Below are positions 41,901 to 51,300 of a stretch of 64,000 nt of DNA, one piece after another (the first letter of the stretch is position 1; each line of letters starts with the position of its first letter). The position numbers were made by a program, and so were the translations under genes. Below the pieces are notes generated by a model that was not told where the DNA came from, did no database searches, and worked only from the letters and a program-made list of their open reading frames with translations. The stretch is from an uncultured virus (IMG/VR IMGVR_UViG_3300025759_009745) (taxonomy: Duplodnaviria > Heunggongvirae > Uroviricota > Caudoviricetes): IMG/VR virus record IMGVR_UViG_3300025759_009745. One strand, 5' to 3'.

Positions 41901-44900
41901 GTTGTAAGGGAAAATATCTCTGAACTTACTCAATATTCCACTATAGTTATAATTGTATAATTCTTCTGAATTAACATTTGGTTCTTTTAAGTCGTTTACA
42001 TATAGATGGTGGAACCAAGGCTCTCTGATTGGTGGGTCTGTAAGTTCTGTACCACTTGGGTATATTTGACAAATTAAAAGATTAATATCTATTCTTGGAT
42101 TAAATGAACCTTCTGGGAAAATCCAAGGTTGACTAAAGTACTTATATAGAATATCATATCTTCTAGACGTTGCACCTATTCTAGCGACTTCGTTACGTCT
42201 GTACTCGAATTTGTCTGTGAACACAACCATAAACACTGGTATTCCAGAAACTTCTATATCTGGGAATGTTCTCGACCATTCTACGCCAGGAGCGCCAGCG
42301 ACAACGACTTCTCTATCGCCACTTTTTGCTATATCTAATGAATGACCTAGCTGTCTACCTTCCTGACCAACAAACCACTTCTGACCAGAAATGCTAAAAG
42401 TACTTCCGTCTTCGTTTTGATAGGTGATTAAAGTTCCACGCTGCTTGCTATAGTCCCTAATAAAGCCAGAAGGAAGTGTTAGTTTGTCCTCCAAGAACCA
42501 AGGAGCTTTTTTACCAGCTACATCTTCGTCCCTTCTGTAAAGGAATACAGAACCGCCATTGTTAACAAGTGATTCATCTTCAATATCTCTTGGATCATGG
42601 AAAGGAGAACCTATAGCCATTAGGTCTTCTTTAACAGATACTGCTGTTCCGTATTTATCTTCTTCTATTCTTCCAGAAGGAGCAATCTGCTCATCTCCAC
42701 TTGGATATGGATAGTCAGCTATCAGCTTTGTTCCACTATAGTTTACCAACTCTAAGTCGCAATCCTCAGTGCAGCATCCACTATTATCTGGATACCAAGA
42801 AGTACCACAAATACCATAGTTCCAATATTCCCAATCTCTAGGTACTGAGATTGGATCTGTAGAACCAGTAACTATATTTAAAACAGCGGAGTAAGCAGAG
42901 TTAGGAACTAAGTCTGTGTACTTTCTAATACCGTAGTAATTACCGCTGTAACCAATGTCAAGATTCGTGTAAGTAGCGGTAGCTCTAAAAATACCACCTT
43001 CATTACAAGTTTCTTCTCTCCAGACCGTATCATCTGTTATAATAGCTGCATCAATTGCTTTCTGAGGGCTATTGCCATCACATGATCCATAGCCAAATAA
43101 TTCTACACCTCTAATCTCGTCATTTGCTGGTATAGTTGGGACACCTCCAGACTCATCAATCAAATCAATGTCTGTTCCGTAGTTTTCATTATTCCAAAGA
43201 ATCTTAGAACTGCCTGGACCAATACTAAACAGAGATAATAACAAATCTCCACTAGTAGAATTTTGAGAGGCCGCAGCATTATAAGGTATAACCAACGGCA
43301 TGGCTGGACGATTTAATGCTCCGTCATAATCAGTTCCCTTACCATCACTGTTTATACCAATGATTGTGGCGCCTTCTTCTGTTTTTTCAAATATAGGATC
43401 TGCTTTTATTACGAGCGGTGCGCTACGCTTTAAATAATTAGAGACAGATATAACCTGATCTTGACCTATAGGAGCTATACCAAATACAAGGTCTTCATCT
43501 TCTTCCTCTGTGTCTGTATTTAGAATACTAAGAGTTATAAAGCTTTTAACGCCGGTGTCATTTATTTCATCGCTAGAGAAAACACTTAAAGGAATTTGAT
43601 CTACATCTAGTTCCTGTTCTTCAATGTTTATCACAGTTAGAGGCATTGAGCCACTAGCTTCTCCGTGACCTAATATATTTAACGATACAGATTTTAAATT
43701 ATTATCGTCTGGGAATATTTCTTGCCAAGTTGTACCGTCACCAGACGTTGAAATAAGATTCAGAGAAGTGTTTCCAGAGCCAATAAAATCAATAGCAAGT
43801 GGGAAGCTATCATTTATTAAATAGGCACCGAATGTATACATTGGCATCAGACCTGAATCATCTACAAACAGGTCTGACATAACAAGAGGCATAGAACCAG
43901 ATGTGTCACCAAGTATACCAAAAGTAAAGAAGTTAAGAGTTTCTGACTCTGTGTTAGCACCGCTTGAGCTTAAATTCAAACTGTTATTGTTGCTAAGAGG
44001 CTTAACCCATGCGTCCTCGGCTCTGACATGAACACTATGCATATCAATCCTAGAATCAAATGCTGGTCCAGAAGGATATACTAAATCATACTGAACAAAC
44101 ATATCATCGACATCGGTTGAATAATACTTTTCAGTAAATTCATTTAACTTCTGCTCTGATGCAAAAAGCGACCACTGCTCTGACTCGTCACACAAATTAT
44201 CATAATCAAATACAGAGTCTGCCCTAAATAAACAACTAGAAGGAGCGAGGTAATGGAAATCTCTATTTACTAGTCCATAATTCTTTCTTTCTGAATCACA
44301 GTCTAAACAATTTGGCTCTTTGGTTGGTGCATAAAGACTAACAATAAGCTTTGGTCCAATCTCCCCATTATCCCAAACAATATTGTTGCTTTCAGACTTA
44401 TGCTCAATAACTGTTTCTACTACCAACGCACGCTCTTTAAAATTATATCCGCGAGGTAAATTCTTACTGATTCTAGTGAACACAGAATCAAAGTTAGATG
44501 TAGTATCACTGAGGTGGAATCTCAAGAAGTCATTTTCTATCTGTGTATGATACGCAACGCCTGAGTCAACCTCTTGTGGCATTTGAATAGTAGCGTACTG
44601 AGAATAACCAGAACCATGATGTTCAATATCAAACGCTATTAAGTCACGACCTGTTCTTCTCCCAGGTGTCGCTCCAAGTGAATCAAACTCATAATTAAAC
44701 GGACAGTATTTAAACGCACCCAAAGACCATTGAGTATTTGTATTTTCATCAACATAACTCCAGAGTTTGTATGGGTCATCCGTAACAGTGTCGGAAGTTT
44801 CCCACCAATACATCCTGCTGTTTTCTAAAAACTTTTGAGCGGTTACTTGCTTGTCTGTAAAGTCTGGATTTTGTTCTACTAGATTCCCACTACTAGAGAA

Positions 44901-47900
44901 TCCAAGCTCAGAAACAAACATGTTCATACCAACGCCAGAGCCAGTAGAATTACCAACAACTAATTTACTACTGCCTTCGGCTATATCAAAAGCGCTAGAG
45001 CTATCTCTTAAAACATTCCAGTTTGATTCAAATTCATTGTCTGTATATAACTTGAGTGCATTAGAACCGTTATCATTGTAAGTAAGTATTACACTGAGTG
45101 GGTATTGATAACCGGAATAAGGAAGTGTGTCTGAAACTTGGTGTGTATTACCGCCAGTATCTTTAGCCATACCGACAATAAACCCACCAGAATATGCAAC
45201 TAAAAATTCTAGATCATTTCCTGCATCCCACTTAGAAAGTAGAACTCCACTGTCAAACAAATTATATGTACTTCCCGATACATTGACATCTGGCGTAAAT
45301 CTCAGGTAAGTTGCAAACCCAGACTCTCTTACAAATCCTACATCGCCAAAATCAATATATGAATTATGACCAGAAATTCTTACCGCATTTTCAAATGCGT
45401 CTGAAATTCTTGCATACAAAGGATCGCCAGAGAAATTAACAGGACCATTAATTAATGAGGTCCAGTCTGTAGTAGTGTAACCGCCAGAAGCAGTAAATCC
45501 AGGCATCTGATCTTCAAATATACCGCTATTGTTAAATCTCCAACCAAGATTTGTAAAGTGATAATTTGAGTAAGTTGTATTTAATGTTCCAGTTAAATCA
45601 CCTACAACGGGGTTGATTGTAGTAGAATTATCTTTAAATAAATAATATCCAGACAAGAAAGGATAATCTAACAGTGGGTTCTCAAAGCCAAAGTCAAATT
45701 GATCTACATCGTAGGGACCATTTACTGTTCCTTCTCTGCCTTTCCAACGTCGAGAATAATTAGATTTAGTTAAAGTTGTGCAATCAGAATAACCCTGTGG
45801 GATGTCTGTTACATAAGAGAGAGGTGTTATTCCAGAACCAACATTTATTATCTTATCAGTTATAGACTGCCTACTGGTAGGATAAAAAGAATTCCACTCT
45901 CTGCCATCTTCTGATTTTTGACATTCTCCACCTTCAGTTATAAGATGTAATCCACCGTCTGGAGAATATCTAACACAAATTTCTATACCGGCTATACTAG
46001 CGCCACTTGGAAGTGGATAAATATCTAAGTATAGTTTCTCAAACAAAGAGCTAATAAAGTAATTTCTTGAAGCTCCTAGTTCTACATTGTCTGGATAAAT
46101 TTGAAGCGGAATTTCGTACCACTTAAACTCAGTAGAATTAACTATTGGGTAAGTAGCTAAGAATCTATGGTCTGCACATTCGTCTGTTTCAAAATACTGG
46201 TCTTTATCTGATATAGCCTCAGAAGAAATACCTAAGTCATCAATATCAGCAAAACCAGAAATTGCTGGACTGACCCCTGTTTGAGCATAGAAATTAATAG
46301 TGTCTAGTGTTGGATCTGATATGAATACCCCGCTTGAATTTTGTAAAAATCCACATTCAGCAGAGGTTACATTAATTATACAGTCATCGCTATACCCAAT
46401 AACATCTAACGAATAGTCCCTAGATCCGACCTCTTTCTTAGCGAGAACCCTAAGAGTTACAGTTTCTGGGGTAAAGAAATTATCAATAACATCAATATCA
46501 TTTTTATTTAATGTATTGAAAGCTCCAGAAGGACTAAACCACATGTTGCCGCTAGTTTGATTCTGGTCAAACCCAAGACCAAAAGCGCCCGGACTAACTT
46601 CTTTATAAGAATCAGATGCTGTATGAGAGAATTGAACAGTTAACTTTCCAGAATCCGCTAGTGGACCCATATGCTGCAAAGTTGCATAGCGTCTTTCATC
46701 AGCATCTCTCACGTAATCTAAAAGTCTATCAGCGCCGCTTGTGTTTAAATTTGAGTAGTATTCATCGTCGTTAGTTTTCCATATACTACTTACAGAGGGG
46801 TATATACCCGTATCAAAATCAAAAAGTTCAAAGCTAGAAGGTAAGAAACATCTTTCTATCTTATTAGATATTTGCTCATTGTAGATTTTTAAACCTAAGA
46901 ACTGCTGCTTTAATATTGAGTCACCACTGCTACAAATTTCTATAGCAGAAACTTTAATAGAATTCATCACACCCGATATATCTTCGGCAGCAATATCGGG
47001 ATTTTTCTGATAACCTAGTGTGTAGCCCTCATCAAATACAATACCAAAATCTTGAGCGATAACTTGAAATTCAACGGTATAATTTTCCAGTTGCTCAAAG
47101 TCTGGATATCTACTATCCCATTCTGGATATATATTATAGGTTTCTGTAATTGGAGAAAGAGATAATGTTGTATAATTATTTATCTCAGATCTTGATGCGT
47201 CACCTTTTAATTCTAAGGGTTCATATTCTGTTATTAATACTCCGTTTGGATCTTTAAACTTTATTCCAGATAGAGTATATTTTATATTGGTTGATTCTTG
47301 ATTTTCGTAAGGGGCAGAAACCCTCATTCTTAATCTAGATTCTTTGGGTGTCACAGAGGGTGCATTTACATATGCCTTGTAAGAAAAATTACCTTCCGCA
47401 TTTACAGAGGATGCTTGAATGTAACTTCCTACATCATCACTAAGTAAATAGCCATCTGTCAAATAATCACCAAAGAAAACGCCCTCATCTATGTAAGAAT
47501 AGAGATCTGTAGAAGTCGTGTCAGAGGTAATAAAATTAGAGACGGCGGCATCACCAGTTGGATAAAGCTTATCTACACAACCAAAATTAGTAAAGTCGCC
47601 AATGAATTTACCAAGCAGTGAATCAATCTTACCGCTAGCGACTATAGTTTCAGATATAGAGTACTCTTTTCCGACAACACTATCTATATCACCTTCACAA
47701 CTAATGTCTGAACTTACTAAAGCGTCCAGTTGTAGTTTTGAATTTATTTTGCCAATAGCTGTTATTTCAGCATTAGTCTGTATAGAATAAGTTATGAATG
47801 GGTTGTCATTCTCATACGTAAAACATATTTGAGGAAAACAATCAACTCCATCATATCCTTCGTATCCCACATTATCGTCATTGATACAAAGCAGAGACAC

Positions 47901-48302
47901 ATCAACATCGCCGTTGGTTCCGCCCGTATAAAATATAGTTAATTGATTATCATTTATGGCAGTAACTTCATACAGATATTCAAAACCGTTGTATTCTATT
48001 TTACCTATGTCACCAATATCAACGAACTGATAAGCACCTACATCTCCAGACTCATTGTTAAAGACACTAACGTCGCCCGTTAGAGTAATATTGTAGAACG
48101 GACCAGAACCCTCTGATACTATAATGTCGTATAAAGGCGTTTTAGTTTTGTGGTCTTTTGCCGCCTTGATATTAGCTTCGGCAACAAGGATCATAGAAAG
48201 GCCGTAATCAGCAGTGATATTAGCCTCTACCCTACCACTACCTATAGGATTACAGCTTATATTATCATCGCCGCATGAGCATTCTAATTTTATTTCTGCC
48301 AT
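35997..48302 (-). CDS. Giant virion protein (4101 aa) with LamG/ConA-like domain and FG-GAP beta-propeller repeats; probable adhesin or tail appendage
   Basis: Seven FG-GAP-like repeats (e.g. FGWSVSIDNDQLAIGSP, FGYSVSVDSDFMAVGAP); LamG-like YIDFGD...LLSKWD...LKLYTD. Confidence 0.7.
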   Translation of the reverse strand: MAEIKLECSCGDDNISCNPIGSGRVEANITADYGLSMILVAEANIKAAKDHKTKTPLYDIIVSEGSGPFYNITLTGDVSVFNNESGDVGAYQFVDIGDIGKIEYNGFEYLYEVTAINDNQLTIFYTGGTNGDVDVSLLCINDDNVGYEGYDGVDCFPQICFTYENDNPFITYSIQTNAEITAIGKINSKLQLDALVSSDISCEGDIDSVVGKEYSISETIVASGKIDSLLGKFIGDFTNFGCVDKLYPTGDAAVSNFITSDTTSTDLYSYIDEGVFFGDYLTDGYLLSDDVGSYIQASSVNAEGNFSYKAYVNAPSVTPKESRLRMRVSAPYENQESTNIKYTLSGIKFKDPNGVLITEYEPLELKGDASRSEINNYTTLSLSPITETYNIYPEWDSRYPDFEQLENYTVEFQVIAQDFGIVFDEGYTLGYQKNPDIAAEDISGVMNSIKVSAIEICSSGDSILKQQFLGLKIYNEQISNKIERCFLPSSFELFDFDTGIYPSVSSIWKTNDDEYYSNLNTSGADRLLDYVRDADERRYATLQHMGPLADSGKLTVQFSHTASDSYKEVSPGAFGLGFDQNQTSGNMWFSPSGAFNTLNKNDIDVIDNFFTPETVTLRVLAKKEVGSRDYSLDVIGYSDDCIINVTSAECGFLQNSSGVFISDPTLDTINFYAQTGVSPAISGFADIDDLGISSEAISDKDQYFETDECADHRFLATYPIVNSTEFKWYEIPLQIYPDNVELGASRNYFISSLFEKLYLDIYPLPSGASIAGIEICVRYSPDGGLHLITEGGECQKSEDGREWNSFYPTSRQSITDKIINVGSGITPLSYVTDIPQGYSDCTTLTKSNYSRRWKGREGTVNGPYDVDQFDFGFENPLLDYPFLSGYYLFKDNSTTINPVVGDLTGTLNTTYSNYHFTNLGWRFNNSGIFEDQMPGFTASGGYTTTDWTSLINGPVNFSGDPLYARISDAFENAVRISGHNSYIDFGDVGFVRESGFATYLRFTPDVNVSGSTYNLFDSGVLLSKWDAGNDLEFLVAYSGGFIVGMAKDTGGNTHQVSDTLPYSGYQYPLSVILTYNDNGSNALKLYTDNEFESNWNVLRDSSSAFDIAEGSSKLVVGNSTGSGVGMNMFVSELGFSSSGNLVEQNPDFTDKQVTAQKFLENSRMYWWETSDTVTDDPYKLWSYVDENTNTQWSLGAFKYCPFNYEFDSLGATPGRRTGRDLIAFDIEHHGSGYSQYATIQMPQEVDSGVAYHTQIENDFLRFHLSDTTSNFDSVFTRISKNLPRGYNFKERALVVETVIEHKSESNNIVWDNGEIGPKLIVSLYAPTKEPNCLDCDSERKNYGLVNRDFHYLAPSSCLFRADSVFDYDNLCDESEQWSLFASEQKLNEFTEKYYSTDVDDMFVQYDLVYPSGPAFDSRIDMHSVHVRAEDAWVKPLSNNNSLNLSSSGANTESETLNFFTFGILGDTSGSMPLVMSDLFVDDSGLMPMYTFGAYLINDSFPLAIDFIGSGNTSLNLISTSGDGTTWQEIFPDDNNLKSVSLNILGHGEASGSMPLTVINIEEQELDVDQIPLSVFSSDEINDTGVKSFITLSILNTDTEEEDEDLVFGIAPIGQDQVISVSNYLKRSAPLVIKADPIFEKTEEGATIIGINSDGKGTDYDGALNRPAMPLVIPYNAAASQNSTSGDLLLSLFSIGPGSSKILWNNENYGTDIDLIDESGGVPTIPANDEIRGVELFGYGSCDGNSPQKAIDAAIITDDTVWREETCNEGGIFRATATYTNLDIGYSGNYYGIRKYTDLVPNSAYSAVLNIVTGSTDPISVPRDWEYWNYGICGTSWYPDNSGCCTEDCDLELVNYSGTKLIADYPYPSGDEQIAPSGRIEEDKYGTAVSVKEDLMAIGSPFHDPRDIEDESLVNNGGSVFLYRRDEDVAGKKAPWFLEDKLTLPSGFIRDYSKQRGTLITYQNEDGSTFSISGQKWFVGQEGRQLGHSLDIAKSGDREVVVAGAPGVEWSRTFPDIEVSGIPVFMVVFTDKFEYRRNEVARIGATSRRYDILYKYFSQPWIFPEGSFNPRIDINLLICQIYPSGTELTDPPIREPWFHHLYVNDLKEPNVNSEELYNYNYSGILSKFRDIFPYNNEIYSGIPPIVGVFGDNTPSTQFGASYQRYVNSFIDYYGDFAFASGVEDLETGLPESGYVNQIYSDSFEWDDASVELLNDTLTTGNLDAVGALKYITSGIGQEYAQQGAGQFQIPPESGGRVYIFENESGKFNFVQELLSPDADIFNQDELEDEPALELLLDNQLPSDRFGHAVGISRNGEVISVGSPYSAEACQIYERDESENDRMYAGLAEWLDFRVLTNERTRYDNLLADSGFDIASRTVYFELSQSNKYLLRSDELYWGINNSIKPYKKIFKYHHNDIPYIGTWSFLPNEFAGTSRLGYSTSVSDDGDIVAFGAPTDSFNEFDDMNVWGEGEQTWASYVNAGAVRVFESRKYYEHNDKVVEFFKFGNLDKTINEDNSELAGEYDKLGEIFASGEFPRTFERTDFADIEIPQDAGLAFIITPQIDAASDEIIDNIKSWLALGDRTLVLVGNDPTWQNNGAYYDSNQLVNKILQKLGARMRIIPARNEYESLPIPPSEQDVENRKYNITQAHLPRASRTDSTITSHDTYIPQTQMFGRGVGDIKIDLSDLGLEDLLIYAPCDNKNPICNLPIRHSGDIRAEWFSDCADQIEYNTNWPFHFDNPNPGQGCKFYPEIVKPEIRRSDEDIRPILTAAEYIERDPLIIPADSGCDYVGDEVELSGQICTEVGNEYTTYEFAVDQIDEIAFSISGFNNTLRGEFFDFTLNDDFFDPEDFDGRDSVAQARGSSKGDTVIRTAEVSPLSPFVVREVFYDQGLATSSDVVIMAGLQSETAWSLGFSSSSDEKNYNNDENIFFYNNLVVRSCSALSPAKIIQLGGWTGRSSFIDAYEGSFLDNFFERYGHEVLTNEVYTGSSSIDISANVLWIANPNALPEDEDIDRIKDWLKLGNKRLVVTYDSKRDRVGIAENILTRLGFNSRPYKVTGLNPGYAVQNTDAIRTSNAAIAPFSPEFVPQIVSNTSPITTGCQFGYSYTGASLNGSSTSIDKLAVIPTGVCPPEGSFCVPFSLDELTFEESEPEYTNTYKYVPISGGNNSQEIITFPDPIYRRYEESSEYWELRGTSDIVFDTLPSSGYRVYVNWVSESDAENIEIYGSFNGAHFGPDPMLGEPPGEENEPVFRKTTTNQVQQAVFDIRADLDSEFISLFLSASKGNIPAEDLNGSSPLTPRILSVSGCLLPIIETVQIATTTTCQNVYYPPVPIYECWETPEIIIEYDPEFRPISTFHGQYCNPNNDECDTSDPNVVIEDGPVVVAEELEHFTNFTQGANRSRIVLMTDSSMIQGKYPYFRKEGGPNNDFIRSLYPPKPSEVIQFADPETFNSDGRNFSFTQKIRSPERNSPAKYFAVSGLNGLVDRFGYAGVAGNLDNYTDQEDQYDPADVFRRFTPVEKEKIDQEIEKFGTTVVPTYGIYPRFSGMYYNGDIEPRYVDAGWNGGFSRYHIEKGYDYIDFALDVIDSGFPGELFGWSVSIDNDQLAIGSPFNGVIGQDVIDWSGIKSLVDAGFPESGYLLSNNGGPGAAFYYQRTGRGTNVVNEFLPWEFKQKIKPDNIYAGLDSATSGYLTSERGPHNLPDNFVEDWADRTDMFGYSVSVDSDFMAVGAPGHDFGTLYEEIFSGVVVPNDLNTAFVRKSFTKDFDIPTHNFYDLANSGLRVDQLDNQSGRMVLNNGAVFTFRNNLINFGDRTKEWQFAEKLIAQGYSDRNEFESSVSGTENDSVGYSVSINRSFRGDSDYVLVAGAPYHDFPTSGNHITKESGNAGSAYTWDAMLREQADAKPLEGGYIDAQVFGNKPSRDLMLRNVVYQPTTGPVISYSVSGLINADINGNIFLEVSGFDPATRGFVAHRPYVEFVLGEIRPGDQLEESFLLYSNGKGYSIDNAWPQIVGSLESGYSVSDSPYLGPNYRPSGMSLYVLGPNSDNVYNNMNLLSFGANVESGTLPLFAEAPSSIATDSLLLVLPSATPVIEDLDLRIRGK
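36155..36164 (-). promoter_or_regulatory. Putative internal late promoter GTGTATAATA
   Basis: In the 3' end of the 4101-aa gene, ~160 nt upstream of the next start. Confidence 0.4.
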
Positions 48303-48305
48303 TTT

Positions 48306-51300
48306 TTATCCTAAAACACTGTTAGTTGTTCTCATTTTTCCGTCTAAACCGATGCTGGCCCTATCAATTTGTCCGTTAACGGAACTCATGGCTATATCTT
48401 TTGAATTTTTCATTAGCGAATTTGAGAGTGTGCTGCCAGCTTCTACTCTCATACTTCCTGTTTGATTTACATTTACCATCATCTCTGTGTTTGTAGCGCT
48501 CTGGAAACTTTCAACATGTTGACCGAATGTACTAAATCCAGACTCTAGTTTTTGGGCTAGGGTCGCTAACTGACTTTCTAACGATTTAAGGTATGAATTA
48601 TCTTGCGCACCACCGGAGACTTCACCGCCATTCTGTAAATACTGGGTATTCCCAACTTGCCCGCCTCTTGACATTGTTGCAGTAGGAGTAACGGGTGCAG
48701 CCGGTCTACTGTTCATTTCTTGTAATACGGCGAGGTTGTTGCCTGCGCGAACAGCTTGACGATTGACGACGAACTCACCCGGAGTTAACATTGCTGGCAC
48801 TGTGTCTGTACCGCGAGGTTGGAATATACTTTTGGGGATTAGTTGACCGCGAGAGGCATAAACAGGACCACCTTTAGAGAAAAAAATGCCAATACCACTC
48901 CCAGCCCCTGATCTTTTTCTTTGTTCTGTGTCTTCTACTGGTCCGTACTCGCGAGGAATGTCTCCGCGATCTTCCATATTCCTAATAGACTGTTCTTGTT
49001 CATTAAAATAACCACCTTTTGTAGTGCCGCTTTTGAGAGCTAGTTGCGGTTCGCGAACTTGATCTGGCTTATTTACTAGTTGTTGAGTATAGATTCTATC
49101 TTCAACCAGTGCGTCGTTATAACCACTAAAATCCCGAACTCCAACCCGCTGGTCAAGTCCCACAGTGGGATTCACAAGCCTTCTCTCACGCTCGTTATTA
49201 ACATTATCTTGAACCAATGTCATATATTCTGACTTATTATTAGCTCTACCGTATCTGCTATTAAACTTTTCTTGGTCCTTAGCAATTTTTCTCTCAAGTC
49301 TTTCAACTTGTTTTGTGTTACCTGCGGCTATTGCAACCTGTAATCTTTGCTCATCTTTAGCCCTTGATATTTTGAGTTTTCTTTCTGCGCTATCATATCT
49401 CCTTGCCGACTCATCATAAAAAGAATCTTTAGTTTCATTTATTTTAGCTTGCTGTCTTTGTAAATATCTTGATCTATTTTCTCTGAATGGAATTTCTCTG
49501 AGTTTTAAATATTCCTCATATGAAGATATACTTTTAAATCCACCCTTACTTTTTCTTTGATTAAATTCTTCTTCATCAAATGTTCCTTTTTTGTAAGCAT
49601 TTCCAAGCTCTAAATTATTTTTAATTGCTAATTTTTCTTCTTTCGACCTGTTGTCTTCAACTTTTGCGCCATACGGAATAAGCGCAGAATCTGGAGAGTC
49701 ACTAAAGATAGATATACTATCTAATGTTATTTTATATGGCTTTTTATCTCTTGGATCTCTATAAGCCGCAATATTGGGACGCTTGATTTCAAATATCTCT
49801 TTCCCGTTATCATCTTGACCAAGGCCGAATTTTCGTCTTTTTGCCTGATCTTTTTCGTATGCTTTTTTCTGTTCGTTGTATGTCTGTACGTCTAATTTGT
49901 ATCTATCTAATTTTTTTTGATCAGCCTCTCTGATATCTGCTTGTTCTCGTCTGATAGCTGCTTGTTCTCGATAATACTCTAAATTATCACTCACTCTCTC
50001 TGCGGCATAATTCACGACACCACGAATTCTATTATAGATATTATAGAGTTCTACAATTTTCTTTCTTGCCGCCTCTCTTTCTGCTGCTTTTCGTTTTTTG
50101 TCTGCGGCTATTTTTTCTTGTTGTGCTATTTCTTTCTGTATTTCTTCTTCTGCTTGTTTCTGGTTAGCTTTTTGCTGGGCGGTTGGGGTCCTGTCGCTTG
50201 AAGGTTGGTAAAGCCCAAGGCTATAATATGCGCCAGCGACACCTAACACATCGGCGGGCTTGAGTCCCGCCAGAGAGACTACATCTGGGATAAACCCACC
50301 CATGTTAGCATAAACAGTTTTACCACTATTCATAGATTGAAGCAGAGAAAGATTATTACCACTCTGAACTGCTTTACTATTTACTACATACTCACCCGGA
50401 GTCAACATAGCAGGAACGGTATCAGTGCCTTTTGGTATAAATGCCCCTTCATTTGCATATACAACACCGCCCTTTGCTAGTTGAGCGGGCGGCGTATTAC
50501 CCGTAGTAGTAGTTTGTTGCCGAGTAGGATCTTGAATTATCCCCTCTACCTTCTTAATATCCCCTTTTACAACCCCAATGTCGGCTTCACGGAAGTCACT
50601 GAGCGATTCTCCTATTAAACTTAAAGCTTCTGCTGCTTCAATTCCAGCATCTTTTAATCTTCTAAGCTCAGGAGTCGTCTCACTAAGTATACCAATATTC
50701 CTTTGGCTCTGAAAACCAAAGGGCAAAGCAGATCTAGCGGCTCGTCTTCTATCTCTATCCGACAAAGTGTCGTCGCTCTGTAATTTAGCAAAAGCTTTGC
50801 CTATAACATCTTGGGTGAATTGTCTAATACTTCTTTCATCACCACGACTAAGCGCCCTTGAAGCAGAAGCAACTTGCTGTTCCTCAAAGAAACCAATAGC
50901 GTCACCCTCAATTAATTTTTGCAATGCAGACTTTTCTAATTCATTTTTCTTCTTTGCTATATCTATTTCTTGTTGAGCAAGTTTTATTCTGCCTCTAAGG
51001 TTATCTAACAAAGACTCCTGTGCTGATTCTATATTCTTAGCTTGAGCCTGACTCTCAAGACCGCCCTGACCTTCTCTAGAAGAATTTACAGCCTTTTCGT
51101 ATGCGTTTTTAAGCTCCTGATTTACTCTAATTAAATCTTTTGGAGAAGATCCTATCGCGCCGCCAAACCCAGCATTCCCAAGATCTAACTCTAATTTCTT
51201 ATCTAATATAGATAATTTATCACCAGAGGTTACTGTTGCTCCACCAAAACTTTCTATAGCCTTTGCCGCTTCAAGCTGTATGTCTAAAGACTGTTTCTGA

